DNA from: Phoronis australis
Taxonomy: Eukaryota; Animalia; Phoronida
Assembly (NCBI GenBank): GCA_002633005.1
Contig: NMRA01001178.1
Location: 1 to 42,753 of the forward strand
DNA length: 42,753 nucleotides
Direction of reading: 5' to 3'
This document shows, piece after piece, positions 1 to 12,715 of this stretch. The notes beneath the pieces are model-generated. The model made no database searches, had not been told where the DNA came from, and saw nothing but the letters and a program-made list of their open reading frames with translations. Position numbers and translations under genes: made by a program. How positions within the stretch are numbered: the first letter of the stretch is position 1; each line of letters starts with the position of its first letter.

Positions 1-404
1 CCCCAAGAACACTTCCCATGTATCTCCTAAACCACCAAACTTTGTGGTGTCATACTTCACCCATTTTCTCTCATCCGTAATGTGATTTATCAGACTAAAC
101 ATGGATCTGAATGGTTGACCCCCCACCTTGCCGCTTTTTGGCTGTACAGTGGTCGGTGGATCCGTGGACAGATACTTAATTTCAAACAACAAATTTTTGT
201 TTCGAAAAATGATGATTTCGGGTTGAGTTTTTGTCATTTTTGTCGTTTAATAATAGGGCCAGACATCAAATTTCACAATGAGATCATACGATATAATAGG
301 GCAACCCAAGTGTACACATCCCGTTTGACTTAATTCAAATGGCGAATTTGAATTATCAAAAAAGCTTGTCTAATACTATTCACATATTCAACTTAACTTA
401 TTTC

Positions 405-600
405 AAGATAGGTTCCACCTTTCTTCATCCGAGGTCGTGGGTTTAAGTCACCTTAGGCAAAACTGCTAGACCCCTGAGTCAGGCCTCTAGCTCCTCAGCT
501 CGACTTTAATTATATATTAATAAAGCACACAGATGGTTTTGGGTGATCAGTGAAATGGGCCCACATGAGTGGCCTGCGCACGTCGGGTAAAACGTGTACC
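405..600 (+). mobile_element. tRNA-derived SINE (family 1), 5'-decayed copy
   Basis: Aligns by eye to the reverse complement of 11941-12152 (shared GAGGTCGTGGGTT..., GCTCCTCAGCTCG, TATATTAATAAAGCA, CCCACATG..GCCTGCGCAC). Confidence 0.7.
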
Positions 601-1235
601 AGACCGCCTACAATCTAAACAACAGCACAATCGCCATCCAGGGAAACGCAGGAAGGTGATCGTAATCGTGAAATTGGCGCATTTTTGACAAGGCCAAATT
701 TCGCATACATATGTATGTAACGTTATTTGAGCTTAAATAGTCGTGATGAGCATCAAAATAAAATGCAATATTGATATTGCTCAAAATCGAGAAAAAACGT
801 TTACTTACGCCGATGTAACACAGTCAGTATACCGGGAAACTACAGAAAGTCGTTAAAATATTTATTAGAGGTGGCTTTACAGAAACCCACGCAAATTTCA
901 CTATTTTGCTAAAAGGACATTTATTTAGGTCGCTGTAACAAAAAAGATAATTCCATGACCCCAGATTTTTGTGCAACGCAAATTAAAGCTACATACAAAA
1001 ACCTAATATTAATATAAAAAATCCAAAAATGAACTAAAACCGAAATGAAAACCTTAAAGTAGTTTTAAGTTCGCTTAAAAACTGAGGCGATTGTCATTCT
1101 TTTCCTCTAACTAGTAAACGCCAGTGAGCTTCAGTAACACACAGGGGGAAAATAATACCAATCTCACAGCCAGGTGGTCGGTGGACAATTTCTCACAAAC
1201 AAATTTTACTGTTGAAAAGTAAAAGAGAGACTTAC

Positions 1236-1354
1236 ACTCTGGACCCTTGACCTATCGTCATACATGGAATTTGGATCATCCTCATTAGGATAACCGTCGG
1301 TAAGCAAAACTACCCGTGAAGGAATCCAGCGGTTGTTACATATAAGTTTTCCTC
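1236..1354 (-). CDS. vWA-domain gene, coding exon 5 (GGKLICNNRWIPSRVVLLTDGYPNEDDPNSMYDDRSRVQS)
   Basis: Acceptor ctgttttag, donor GTAAGT; phase 1 to phase 0; contains the vWA VVLLTDG motif (third MIDAS element) in frame with upstream exons. Confidence 0.88.
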
Positions 1355-2240
1355 CTAAAACAGAAAAAAAATGAGCGTTGAGGTTACCAATATCGACCGT
1401 TTGGGCAGATAGGCTGGTATTATGGTTTTGATTTTACATTTTCTCACTAGGAGAAAAACTGGAAGGTTTAGGTTATCACACGCAATTTGCCCAACTTATT
1501 TAATAGGTCAACCCCAAAAGCATTTGAAAGCTTAAGTTTCCAGAATGGACGAAGAAGTGCAAGCAGAGCCTGGCGCATTTTATAGTTGGACTGTTACCTT
1601 TTTAAATGACGTACATGTAAATTTGGCATGTCCATATAAATGGTGTCGTGAGCCTTATCAGTCGACTTCCAAAAATGACCGGAAGTAATGGCGTACTAAG
1701 CAACTTCGGAAAACGTCAATCGATCCAAGTAAACCCGTGCTCATTCCATTATCACTGCCTTCCTCAAGGAGCATTTCATGATTTATGATAACTGTAGGCC
1801 TAAGCCATGGCCGAGACGTCCACAGATTTTTTCGGTCCCATCCTTGTTGTAGGTACATAACAACTTGCCTTTGACTTGAAAAAGGATAAAAACAGCGATC
1901 CAGCCGGTCAAGCATTCAGTGTTTTTATTGTGTGGCTTGCTCAAAGCTAAACATTTCCGGCAGCTCCATATTAAAAGCTGTTTAGTTCAAGTTTTGTGTC
2001 TAACCACTTCTTTTGTGACTTAATACGGCGAATTATTGTTCCTTGTTATTTAGGATAAAACCATGAAAAGCGTCTTCACCACTAACGTTTGTCTCAATCG
2101 AATTAGTGCTTAAGTATGTCTTATCATGTAACGATCACTGCGTGAGTCTTCAATATTTTTCTACAAACATTGACCCAAAAGTATCAAAATACTTTCCAGA
2201 CTAAGTAGAATATGCCAAATTGTCAAGAACACCTCCGAAA

Positions 2241-2275
2241 AGGTGAAACTACCCTTTAAAGGCAACATGTGGTAA
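2241..2275. mobile_element. Junction of two Kolobok-like termini (..CCT-TTAA-AGG..)
   Basis: GGTGAAACTACCCT TTAA AGGCAAC; CCT/AGG ends around TTAA (2256-2259) are the Kolobok terminal pattern. Partner ends were not located. Confidence 0.35.
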
Positions 2276-2870
2276 CATTCGGCTAATTTACCATGCCGTA
2301 TTACTGCCCCTTTACGTCCACGGGCCTATATACATGTGCGAATAAATGCATTTTCTCGCGGCTGCATATTGGTGCAGGCGCCTAAGTTTCATATATCACT
2401 GCAGTTTTGCACAGACGCCCATGGGCTTAAAAGCGCAATCTGGTAACAGTTTTCCCACCAGTTCATTACTTGATTTGGAGGCGTTTTTCGACACCAAATG
2501 GTTAATCCAAAATATTGCATAAGGCAAAAGCTACATCCAATCATCACTAACAACGCTGCAACATGACAAAACTGGCGTTATTTCGCTCAGTGTTTTTTAC
2601 CTCGATCATTGACTTGTGACACGCTTCGTGACAACCTGTCTACTTAAGAACGTTTGACTGCAAACGTTTCTGCCAATGTAAAAACCTTTCGCGAAATGGA
2701 CGCTTGCACAAATCTGGACAACCAGCTCTTGATTGTTTCGTTTATTTAATGATGGGGGAAATAATCACTGCGTGTGTTTCCTTCGGTTACTTTATGGTAA
2801 GATGTTTCAATTTCTTATGTAAAATTCAATAACTCAGGAACGGTCGCTGCAGGAAATCGATAAAACGTAA

Positions 2871-3466
2871 GAGGTCCTAAAGTCGTGAGTGTCCTTAAGT
2901 CGTAAACGATCTTATTTCCTCTTCTGCGCGGTCCCGCGACATCTAGCGTTTTAGTTTCAAGAGTTCGTCTGCTTACGATCGTCAAACGAATACCCGGACA
3001 TGTTGATATTCACAATATTATTATAAACAGCGAGTGAGTGGCTTCTTTTTTCAAATGCATCTTAAAAACAGCATATTTCACTAACCCACTTTTTGTGCAT
3101 TTTCAGAATGTTTTCGAAAATATACATCGTTAAGATTTGCTCAAACACGCGCTCCAGGGGTAGCTTGAACAATGTATCAAAATGTCTCAAGGTCGATCAA
3201 GTGTTGTAAAGCAAACGCTGTAAAATACAGAGAGATAATTAAAGCTGGAATCTTAACGTTTTACGTAAACATCCTCATTGAAAACGTCTGTGCACATCGG
3301 AATTGGGTGCAAAACACCTGACAATTTATTTCAATTGAAACTGAATTAATAAACAATGCAATGCGTTTTTATGTCGTCTAGAGTAACTGTAAGCACTGTA
3401 GTTGACTTGTGTGGCCTTACTTCGTGCATTTCCGCCTAAACGAAACGGTCACGACTTTAGGACCTC
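2871..3466. repeat. MITE-like segment bounded by a perfect 18-bp inverted repeat
   Basis: GAGGTCCTAAAGTCGTGA (2871-2888) and TCACGACTTTAGGACCTC (3449-3466); further partial copies near 2891-2905 and 3646-3661. Confidence 0.5.
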
Positions 3467-5204
3467 ATTCAAAATGGCCGGCGATATGAGCGACCGTTTC
3501 AAAACTCTGCTTACGGAGACAAACACGGGTTGAGACTGGAAAAACACGTATATTTGTGAAGGCTCATACATGTCCATGACATCACATGAGCAGTTGTTAA
3601 CGGACATTGGGTAGTTAACAATTAGCTGCATTTTATGCTTATATTCACGACTTTAGGTCACCGGAGTCTAAAACACAGTTAGCGCTTGACGAAGTGTATC
3701 CAGAAAGATCAATCAAGGTACTGCGGAGATACAGCTACCCAAATCCAAAATGGAAAAGCGCCCCCAACAGCGTCATCTTGCATCCAATTACAACCAAAAA
3801 TACGTGCCGTCGAGTGTGAATTTCTATTGACCGGTGGTGCGAATAACGTGGAGGATATCGAACACCTGTTGTACATAATTTGAGACGTCTATGCCGAAGC
3901 TTGAGAAACGTAACAGCATCGTACCTTATTCGTTAGAATAATTCAAGAAAGGTAAGTTGAGATCAGAAATTTACTGCTAATTATAGAATTTTACGAGAGA
4001 ACGCAGGAGTTACAGTATAAGAAGTCTGAAAATAAAAGAGCAGCCATCGAAAAATTTTGAATGACTCGAGAACAGTGGTTTGTAGCGAGATGCAGATACT
4101 GCTGCGCTTTACAAGATCTATCCACATACTAAATCCATCCAAGAACGTCGTCCAGCGATTTCAACCAAGAACAAGTGACCCTTACTATTGATGAGTCACA
4201 TGATGCATGTGAATTCCATACCGATCGGATAAGTAATGTAGCATGTAAAACAAATGAGAGGGCTCTGAGCAGATACACCTGGCGTAATCGAATGGAGAAA
4301 ATCAGAACTGAGGTCGATGACGAAAGAAAGAGCATAAACGACTACAAAGACGACACCCATGACATCAACTACGACAAACCAGATACCACCGATTACGATG
4401 ACGCTGACAACAAGATCGGTCGTGGATATAACAGGCCGGTAATAGAACCAAGGTTTTTCTTAAACCTAGTTAAATTTCGTTATAACCCTTCAAAGGACAC
4501 CAGAGACAGCGATCTGCGAAGTGAAACTGTAAAACTGGTCGTCACAGCGTCACCTTTGGTCAAATTTTGACCCGAAATATCAAGGCTCAAGGTTTTAACA
4601 AGAAACCTGGTGCACATTAATTCCACGTTGATGGAACGAAAAATACGAACAACCGCACGCGTACACTGAAGAAAGCCTGAGAAACGTACCGGCGTTGGGC
4701 CTTAAAAATCAGTAAATCTCGAACCATTGGAGAAAGTTATTTTGAAGACAGAAACGTACTGTAAATTTCTTGTAGTATTTGAAAAGGTCTATTTACATGC
4801 CAAATGTTAGACATATTAATCAAAGTACGCAGGAGCAACTTTACGAGAAGTCAAAACAAAAAAGAACAATCAACGGGAAATCTTGGAGTGACTGAAAACT
4901 GCAGGTAATGGCGAGAATCGTAGGGCACGTTTCATCCAGCGCTTGACAAAGGATATCTACTTGCCAAAAATACGAATCTATCAAAAATCGCAGAGCTAGA
5001 GCTCCGCGAAGCAAAATTTGAAAATTGGCCGTCACAGCACCACCGTTGGACCGATTTCTCCTACAAACAGGACCATCATCCAAGCAATTTGAAGCGCATG
5101 TTGGCTTGGAATAAATAAATTCAATGTACGTCTATTGGCGCAAAATCCAAAATTTCCCAAATGTTTTTAAATACTCTAAAAAGCATTAAGCAATGGAATC
5201 TTAA

Positions 5205-5995
5205 AGAGTTGTCATCATCGAAGCTGCGTCTCAAAAAGAATTTTATTAATACATCTTAACAGATTTAATAGCGTTTGGTATAACTGTTGCTAAGAAACAA
5301 GCCAAAATTAAAAAAAAATATTTTTCTGTTATCGGGGTTGCACGTAACGTGTAGAAGACCGTCTCCTCCGTTGTTGTTGTTTTTACCAGTACGATACTGA
5401 GGAGAGCCGCCTTACATGAAAAGGTGCGTTCGTGGAGGCTGTGGTAACAGCAAATTGACCGAAAACGTCTCTGTGTTTAAATTTAACAAATACATGAAAG
5501 TTGCACAGCAATGTCATTGGTTTGTGCTCCGCACGAGAGTGTCAGCGTGGAACAGGCGATCCAGTCAGGAGCCACACTTTGTTCGGCACATTTCAAGGAA
5601 TGTGTTTCGACCAAACACAGAAGCGGCCTTACGATGAAGGACTCGCCACCTCGTAAGTGTATTTGCAAATAATTTGCCTAGGCTGATGCGTTGTGTTTAG
5701 ACCGGCAACGGTGAATATGAGTGACAGAGATTTTCTGTGGCCTTTGTCAATAATAATTGTCTATTTTGTAAATATTGATTACTCTTGGTTCAGTTGGTTG
5801 TGGCTCACATATGTGTGCGGCATTTCTCGTGCAAATGGGTCGAGTTCAAACGGTCTCAAAGCGGATGAAAGTTTGCTAAGTGGGAAATGGAATTCATTGT
5901 CTGATTCATCAAGTACTTGAGTGTGTCTGCTTAATATTTGTCCAGTTCTCGCTCAAAATCTTCCTCATTTTCTGATCTGCTGTGTTCTGCCATTG
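5205..5995 (+). mobile_element. Kolobok-like element B (decayed; left end plus THAP remnant)
   Basis: Starts TTAA|AGAG; 5205-5405 is homologous to 41485-41677; followed by a THAP pseudogene. Right end not found. Confidence 0.55.
5416..5640 (+). pseudogene. THAP zinc-finger remnant (frameshifted)
   Basis: MKRCVRGGCGNSK...VSVFKF...WFVLRTR, then LCSAHFKEC in another frame near 5578-5605; together these give the C2CH THAP signature. Confidence 0.75.
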
Positions 5996-6384
5996 CAATT
6001 GGCTGTCAAGTGACCAATTCATTTCCACTCATTACATCATTTGGTGGAAACTTGAAAATAAGTAGTTTTTCTTCAAAATTAAAAAACGCTACTATTTGGC
6101 ATAAAAAGTGCTTATTTAGTTAGATTTTATGGTATTCACTTCATATTAACTAACTGAAACATCAAAAACTAAGAAAATGCATGGTGGAAACTGTTTAAAA
6201 GTTACAGTAAACACAGAAATGGTATTGGTGCTGAATAGCAGATTTTGAATTCATTCCGACTGCTTCCACATGGTAAACTGACGATCTAGCAAGATCGAGA
6301 TAATGCCTTAAGAAATCTTGCACAAACGAAGATTGGCAGCCAAAAGCCACCCCAGTAAAATTCAGAAATCAATATTCTCATTAC

Positions 6385-6459
6385 CCTTTTGCATCAGTTC
6401 TTTGTGAGACTCAACAAGTCCCGCAACCATTGGGGTCGCACCACCAGTAACCAGTGTAT
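6385..6459 (-). CDS. vWA-domain gene, coding exon 4 (DTLVTGGATPMVAGLVESHKELMQK)
   Basis: Acceptor tttacctttacag, donor GTAATG; 75 bp, phase 1-1; carries the MIDAS Thr (GGATP). Confidence 0.88.
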
Positions 6460-7551
6460 CTGTAAAGGTAAACAAACATAGTTGATGTGAAGCAATTGAA
6501 GAATGCCTTGTCGACTTCGAAAATCACGTGGCAACTGACACATGTGTGAGTGAGAGCAAAATGTAATACTTCATGTTTGTAGACTATGCATATTTCTAAA
6601 GAAAGACTATTGAATTTATCTCAACCGTATACGATACCAAACACAGGCTGGGAAACGAACCATTTCAACGGGCCGTGCAGAACTTCTACCACAGAGCAAA
6701 AGGCTTATTAGTTCAAAAACAGGAAATGGAGAGCAATTAAAGCCATCATCTGGGCCCTCTGATAAACAACAAAAAACTAAAGAAATAGAGAGCGGCAGAT
6801 GACTCCGTTATTAGAGAGGAATCCCGGGAGATTTAAAAATTTGGACTACCTGCATTGCACATGCAAGCAAAAATCTGAATCAATTTTCTCTAAAAAATCC
6901 GACTGCGCATAACAAAAATGTCCTAACACTTTTGAAAGCACTGCGAACTCTGATCGGGAGTAAACTAAGGTAAACAAGTTAAAATGACCTCGCATAGTGT
7001 TTACCCTGTTGAAAAGACGCCATGTAGACCAAGTGTAAAACCAAAACTCAAATAGAAATGAATTTCAAATAGGACTGTTCAAAAACCCCCTCGACCCCCA
7101 CATCCCACGACCCCGTCAACCCAGTGTACAATATGAACATACAACAAGCGCTGACTCGCAGGACCAACGAGTATGACCGTGAGCTCGGCTGGCTTTTACC
7201 TGTTTTTCACAATTAAGAGAGTCGAATCGCCAAGTTTGCAAGATAAAAACAGGAAAAAACAACACAACCAAATCAAATTAAAGATCTACCAACTTCGAAA
7301 ATGTCGTTCCCGACAGTGTGTAATCGTTTCGTCTGCTCTCCAGTGAATGGCAGATTCAAGCTTTTTTTTTGGGGGGGGGAGAGTGAGGAACCCACGGATA
7401 CACTATGTAATTTCTTCAGTAAATACAGGTTGAAACAACAAACTGTTAACTAAAAAGTATCTCAACGTTACACGGAGTATATTGTAAACGAGTATACAGC
7501 AGAAAGCAAATTATAAAGTGCTGAATTATGTGCATTCACGTTAACCTTTAA

Positions 7552-8517
7552 AGGGGAAGGCAACCTTTTTTCATGTCATTCTTAGCAAAAATAAGGTTCG
7601 TTGATTATCCCAGACATATTTGTCACTTATTTACTGCTTTTCGTAATTTAATTAATTACTCATGGTCTACTCCGGAAGTGACGTTTTGGGAGGCAAGAAT
7701 TTCGCGTCANNNNNNNNNNNNNNNNNNNNNNNNNNNNNNNNNNNNNNNNNNNNNNNNNNNNNNCTGCTTACAGGCTCTGGGCTAGAGACAACAGCACAGG
7801 GCGAATCACTGCTAGTTCCCGGTATTGCACGCAATGGGGTACGTTCGGAGGCACGGGTGACAGTAGATGAAGTGCCTCCAGTCACTGTATATAGTGGCCA
7901 AAGCTCGCGAGGCTTGTCGCTTCAAAAACGCACTTCTCGGTGTTGGCGACGGGGCACTGGCGGGAATCAACAGCGACGGTATGGTACCCTTCTTCAGGCG
8001 TTGTTTCGCAGGGACCTTCATCAATTCAGCGTACATATCTCTGTCATAATCTGACGGCAAAAACCGCTGGCCACACACTCGGTAACCCTCCACTGCTTTA
8101 CGGTACGTTGCGTGGACGGGTAGCGCTGTGTTCTTCACATGAACGAGATAGCCAAGTAGCCTACGGCGAAGTGTGTCATCCTTCGGAAAGCGACGCAAGG
8201 TACCCAAAGCGCGTGTGCGACGATAATGAGTACATCCCGGCACGCAGCAGCAGCGTGGCATGTTGACTGACTTGTAAACAAAAGCAAACGACGACCGAAC
8301 TTATCACAAACGAGGTAGAACAATGACTGGCTCTCACAGTCAGACTATAATGAAAAGAAATTGGCGCGAAACTCTTGCCTCCCAAAAGGTCACTTCCGGA
8401 GTAGAGGATTAGAAATTAATCAAATTACGAAAAGCTGTAACTAAGTGAAAAATGTGTCAGATAATCAACGAACCTTATTTTTGCTAAAAGTGACATGAAA
8501 AAAAGTTGCCTTCCCCT
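7552..8517 (-). mobile_element. Kolobok DNA transposon A with ~158-bp TIRs and TTAA TSD
   Basis: TTAA (7548-7551) AGGGGAAGGCAAC ... GTTGCCTTCCCCT TTAA (8518-8521); TIRs 7552-7709 and ~8361-8517; internal THAP ORF; N-gap at 7710-7763. Confidence 0.85.
7812..8261 (-). pseudogene. THAP-domain N-terminus of a Kolobok transposase (degenerate)
   Basis: MPRCCCVPGC...FPKD...VCGQRF...LKKGTIPS is the THAP pattern. The Zn-binding His is replaced by Arg, the conserved Trp appears only in an adjacent frame (ATWLSR), and the downstream frame shifts into the gap. Confidence 0.8.
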
Positions 8518-8710
8518 TTAAGTTTAGCAGTACAAGGCCATTGGTAGGCGCTCGTAGAACGATTTCTGTGACAACGATAGCACACTCACAATCCGCTATT
8601 TCAGATCATGTTCTTAAGCCACTCATACGCCGTAAAATGTAACAATTTCGTAAAATGTAACAACAGTTACATTTTACGTCATTGTTAGATTTTACGGTAC
8701 CAAGCCTATC

Positions 8711-8814
8711 CTAAAATGTAACAAGTTGTTACATTTTATGTAGTTGTTACATTTCACGTCGAACGCACATGCGAGAAATGTACCATTGCTACGTTTTACG
8801 AAACCAACGTCATA
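8711..8814 (+). repeat. Left arm of a ~104-bp inverted repeat (GTTACATTTT-rich DNA transposon end)
   Basis: Reverse-complement match to 14074-14177; additional short AAAATGTAACAA repeats at 8631-8700. Confidence 0.7.
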
Positions 8815-9174
8815 TTACAAAGACAATGACCAAAATCACGAACAAGTAGTATCTGACAAAGCCAGGTGGTATTGGAGTATTCTGAACGAGAGTGCCACCC
8901 GAAACATTTGGATACCTACCCGTTTAGAGAGTGGGGTGGGACAAAAAGTGACCCATTTAGAGACTAGTTTACGTAAAATTCACATTTTCGCAAGGTTCTG
9001 TTCCAGAAATTCAGAAAAGGCACCATGTCAGATAGTATTTTGTCGAAAATGGTACCATTTTGAAGAATCCTTTTTTGATGTGAAAAAAAAACACCCTTTG
9101 GGTGGCACTTTTCGTATACCTCTTCTATACGAATGCCCTCCGGGGTGACCTGGAAAGAATTTTCATTATGATAA

Positions 9175-9292
9175 GCATTGCATTACTAATACGACTATTA
9201 CATTACTACCTTTATTCAAGTACTATTGCTGCTATTTCTACCATTACTACTATCACTACGATTACTCGTTATCGTTATTATTATTATTATTA
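9175..9292. repeat. Degenerate (ATT/ACT)n microsatellite
   Basis: Visible trinucleotide periodicity ending in (TTA)n. Confidence 0.7.
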
Positions 9293-9425
9293 ATATTTCA
9301 AATTTATTTAACGAAGACACAATATATGTTTAGCAAAGTGCTAATACATCTTGGTCCTCAGCGCAGCACTGAAAAAGTGGAGGGCTATAGCCCCCCAGCG
9401 CCCCTGTGGTACACTGCCCATAGAC

Positions 9426-9496
9426 CATGGGCGGCGCAGCACTGAAAAAAGTGGGGGGCTTTAGCCTCCCCAGTCCTCTATGATGCGCCGCCCATG
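9426..9496. mobile_element. Tiny MITE with 13-bp TIR, preceded by a decayed tandem copy (9359-9421)
   Basis: CATGGGCGGCGCA ... TGCGCCGCCCATG; no TSD evident. Confidence 0.6.
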
Positions 9497-11940
9497 AGTT
9501 ATGGTTCAATGTTTTCTCCGGGCTTCCCATAGTGGACAGCACGTGAGAAGTGTTTTGACAGCTGTGGATACAGAGTAGGCCTACTTCTTGGAAAAGAGGA
9601 GGTTGAGATTTAAACTCTTGTTTAGATGTGCACCATTTTAAAAAATTGGTTATTTTTGAGCTATCGGCAAGCACTGTATTGTTTGTAAACTTTATCTTTC
9701 TGTAGTTCAGACCGCAATTTTTCAAAGCACTGGGGCTCGTTTCACGATGAAGTTTGAGTTCAAAAGTTGCGTTAAGTTGAACTCTGGAGGCAGACATTTT
9801 TCGAAAACTAACGACTAGTTGTCTATGGCAACGGTAACCGGGTCATTAGAATAGCTGTAACAGATATACATGTACAAAATACGCAACAATTTTATGGGGA
9901 ACGGGGCCTAAATATACTTAGAAGAACACAGTGATTTAACTTAGTGATTTGAACTAGGTTTCATTGAAAGTGGATTGTATGGAGCAAAAACGTCCAACGT
10001 CGAAGGCAGTGACGTTAATGTGCGCTTTTTATGTAATGTATCAAAAAAGTTAATATATCAAATTTCCTTATCTGCATACAAGCACGCTTGTTGTTGACAG
10101 CGAGCTGCAACAAAACATATGGAGCCTCAGGAGACACGTGGCTTCACGTCCATTAATAGTAGAATTTTTTCAATCTTGGTCTATGTTTATATGTGCTTGT
10201 CAGAATAAATATTTATTGAGTAATAAGTACGAATAGATCTATTTTAAGTTGACCAAAATTTGTGCATATGTACTTTTAAATTATGGTGTCAAACTTATTG
10301 GAGACAACAAATTCGCAACTCCGACAATTTCTTCCGTCCTGTCCAACAAGAGGCGACACTCTCCTAAATTATCTGGTGCAGTTTCCGGTTAGTGTATTAT
10401 GACGGGAAATTCTTGCATCAACTTTACTGTCCAGTACAACAAAAAATAAATTCGGCATTGAAACACTGTTCAAAGTCTTCCAATAGTAGAACTGTTGGTA
10501 TCGTGAGTACTTTTGGCAATGCTACTGATCATGTAATTGCGTAATTCAAACTTCGGTGTCGACTGATTTTGTCGTCTGCTTACACAATAGCAGCATAGTT
10601 ACCGGACAGTTTGTGATTCATGGTTCAAATACTAATAAAACTACGAAAGCAAAAGATACTTATATAACATTTTTGTTTTAGAAAGTTATTAATTTTGTCC
10701 GGAATTAAAATGCGCCTCCGCAACGATTTCACTGATCTAACCTTTGTCTAACCTCTCAAGTTTGCAGTTCTTCTGGCAAGTGTTAAGTGGCCTTTCAAAG
10801 GGCCGTTGGTTGTACAGTGCATGAGTCTTAGGTATAGCGTGAAATGGTTCTTAAAAGAACCGATGAATAATTCAACATAAATCACACAGTATACCGTGCT
10901 CATTCAGGTACTGGAGGTCCTCTTCATTCAAGTTCTCACCAGAGAAGGTTGGATGAGAACAGAGAAGGTGACAATATCGATGAGTTGTAAAACCTTAAAT
11001 AGATGTTACCGTTCACAACGTTATCACGAACTCTGCCTCATTCAGTTCTTGTTCCTGGATCCACAAGTAATCTTGAACCGTAGGGAAAAATGACATACAA
11101 CAAAACGAATCAAATTTCGAAAATCATCGCCTTCGTACGATTCCGTGTTGCTGTCCCCAGACTAATGTTCCTCCCCAACATCCATGTCGAAAATCGAGGC
11201 TGCAAGTGATGGAAACTTATGTCCTTTATTTCTATCCTTTAACCCATGTTTTAAGAAAGGGGTGTACTGATTTTGTATAATGTTGAAAGAGCATAATTTT
11301 TGGTTTTCACAATGCATTAATCGTGTTGAATGCATTTAAATTAAGTGGCCTCATTGAGTTGAGCAGAAAATAAATTAAACGTGACACAATAAAGTTTTGA
11401 AAATCAATAGAACAGTAACAAGACTCCAAAAGAATCAAGCTTATTTTCGAAAACTGCGCCATTGGTGATCTGATTGGCTCATGCAGTTACGGCGGGAAAA
11501 TGATAGACCAAGTATTGTTCACATGTGCACTGTAGCAACACTTTGTATCTTATTCTTGTTTGGCCAAACTGTTGATACAGTGAATTTCCTTATTTTTGCC
11601 CATCCTGATTTCACCACAACTTGAGCTTGTTGGGTTCTACCATATAAGGGTTGGTATAGGGACCCACATGGTGCTTACTCGAATGAGCTTCATTTTACCA
11701 GCTATTTCAAATTGTGTAGGTGAAGTAAATAAACGAAGGGGAGGATTATCATCACCGGACTTTCACCATTAGTATCTTTTGCCGGTTGCTCAAATTTTCT
11801 GAGACTAGGGTTTGTCACATTTGTAAGGTAGAAGTGTTTCGCTGAACTTCCAGGTCCGTGGCGTGATACCGGACAAACTTAAAAAACGAGAACCTTGTTT
11901 AAATCAGGAGCTGCATAAAAATAATTGCAGGAGGTTTGAT

Positions 11941-12152
11941 ATACATTGTACCAGATGTGCGCAGGCAGCGCATGTGGGTCCATTGCACTGATAACTTGGA
12001 ACCATTTTTATGCTTTATTAATATATAGTTAAGCCGAGCTGAGGAGCTTGAAACCTGATTCACGGGTTTAGCAGTTTATCTCAGTGGGATTCGAACCCAC
12101 GACCTCGACTTATGAAAGCAGACACCTATCACACAAGTCCATACCGCCTCCT
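11941..12152 (-). mobile_element. tRNA-derived SINE (family 1), best-preserved copy
   Basis: Pol III B-box GGTTCGAATCC (12087-12097, minus) in a tRNA-like head, followed by a non-tRNA body shared with two other copies. Confidence 0.75.
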
Positions 12153-12585
12153 CCAGGAGCTGCTCTAAGGCTATATGGTGTAATTTGTGTACACTTTTCT
12201 CTGCGTTGCAAGTTTTTATGGAAATGGTCCAATGTGTAGCTAACTACGGTAAATTCATAAAAGATTGCGTGCAGTGCAACTAAAGTTCAAAAAAAAGGAA
12301 AACTGGACTTCTAAACCGCTTGATCTGATTGACATTTCACATAATATTTCAGAAGGACAATACTTAGTATCCCTTATGCACTCTTCATTAATATAGCCAA
12401 AAATACGAGAGACAATAAAGTTCTTGTGCTCATAACTTAAAACATGTCATTCTTTGCATCCTGTTTTCGATAGAGTTAAGAAAAGGGGACAAATCAAGTG
12501 ACGTGTGTTTTGCAGGGCAAAACCCAGTGAGAACTGTTCTGTGCCTCCTTAACGAACAGGAAGTTAACTAAGAGCTTGTCACTTG

Positions 12586-12715
12586 CATCGTGGGTAGTAA
12601 GATACTGCCTGAAGTGTTGCGTCACCAGAGAGTGTGACCAGCAAGAACAGTCGCGGGTAGAAGAATCTGACTGCAAGTTTTGCGTCATCAGAGACTGCGA
12701 CCAGCAAGTACACTG
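12586..12715. repeat. Two-copy 63-bp tandem duplication
   Basis: TTGCGTCACCAGAGAGTGTGACCAGCAAG at 12617 and TTGCGTCATCAGAGACTGCGACCAGCAAG at 12680. Confidence 0.75.

Noticed and set aside
1-340. Open minus-strand frame at the window edge as a possible next vWA-gene exon
   Set aside because: No convincing acceptor or domain motif; the sequence resembles repeat-derived DNA.
1658-1915. 85-aa minus-strand ORF
   Set aside because: No recognisable motif or splice signals; lies in a vWA intron.
3686-5090. A-rich decayed ORF-like region including the 131-aa ORF 4175-4570
   Set aside because: Probably a transposon relic, but no diagnostic motif is visible; the D-rich part is low-complexity (GAC/ACG repeats).
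7286-7350. Exon-like minus-strand segment between vWA exons 3 and 4
   Set aside because: Weak donor, no good acceptor, and exons 3 and 4 already join into a continuous vWA sequence.
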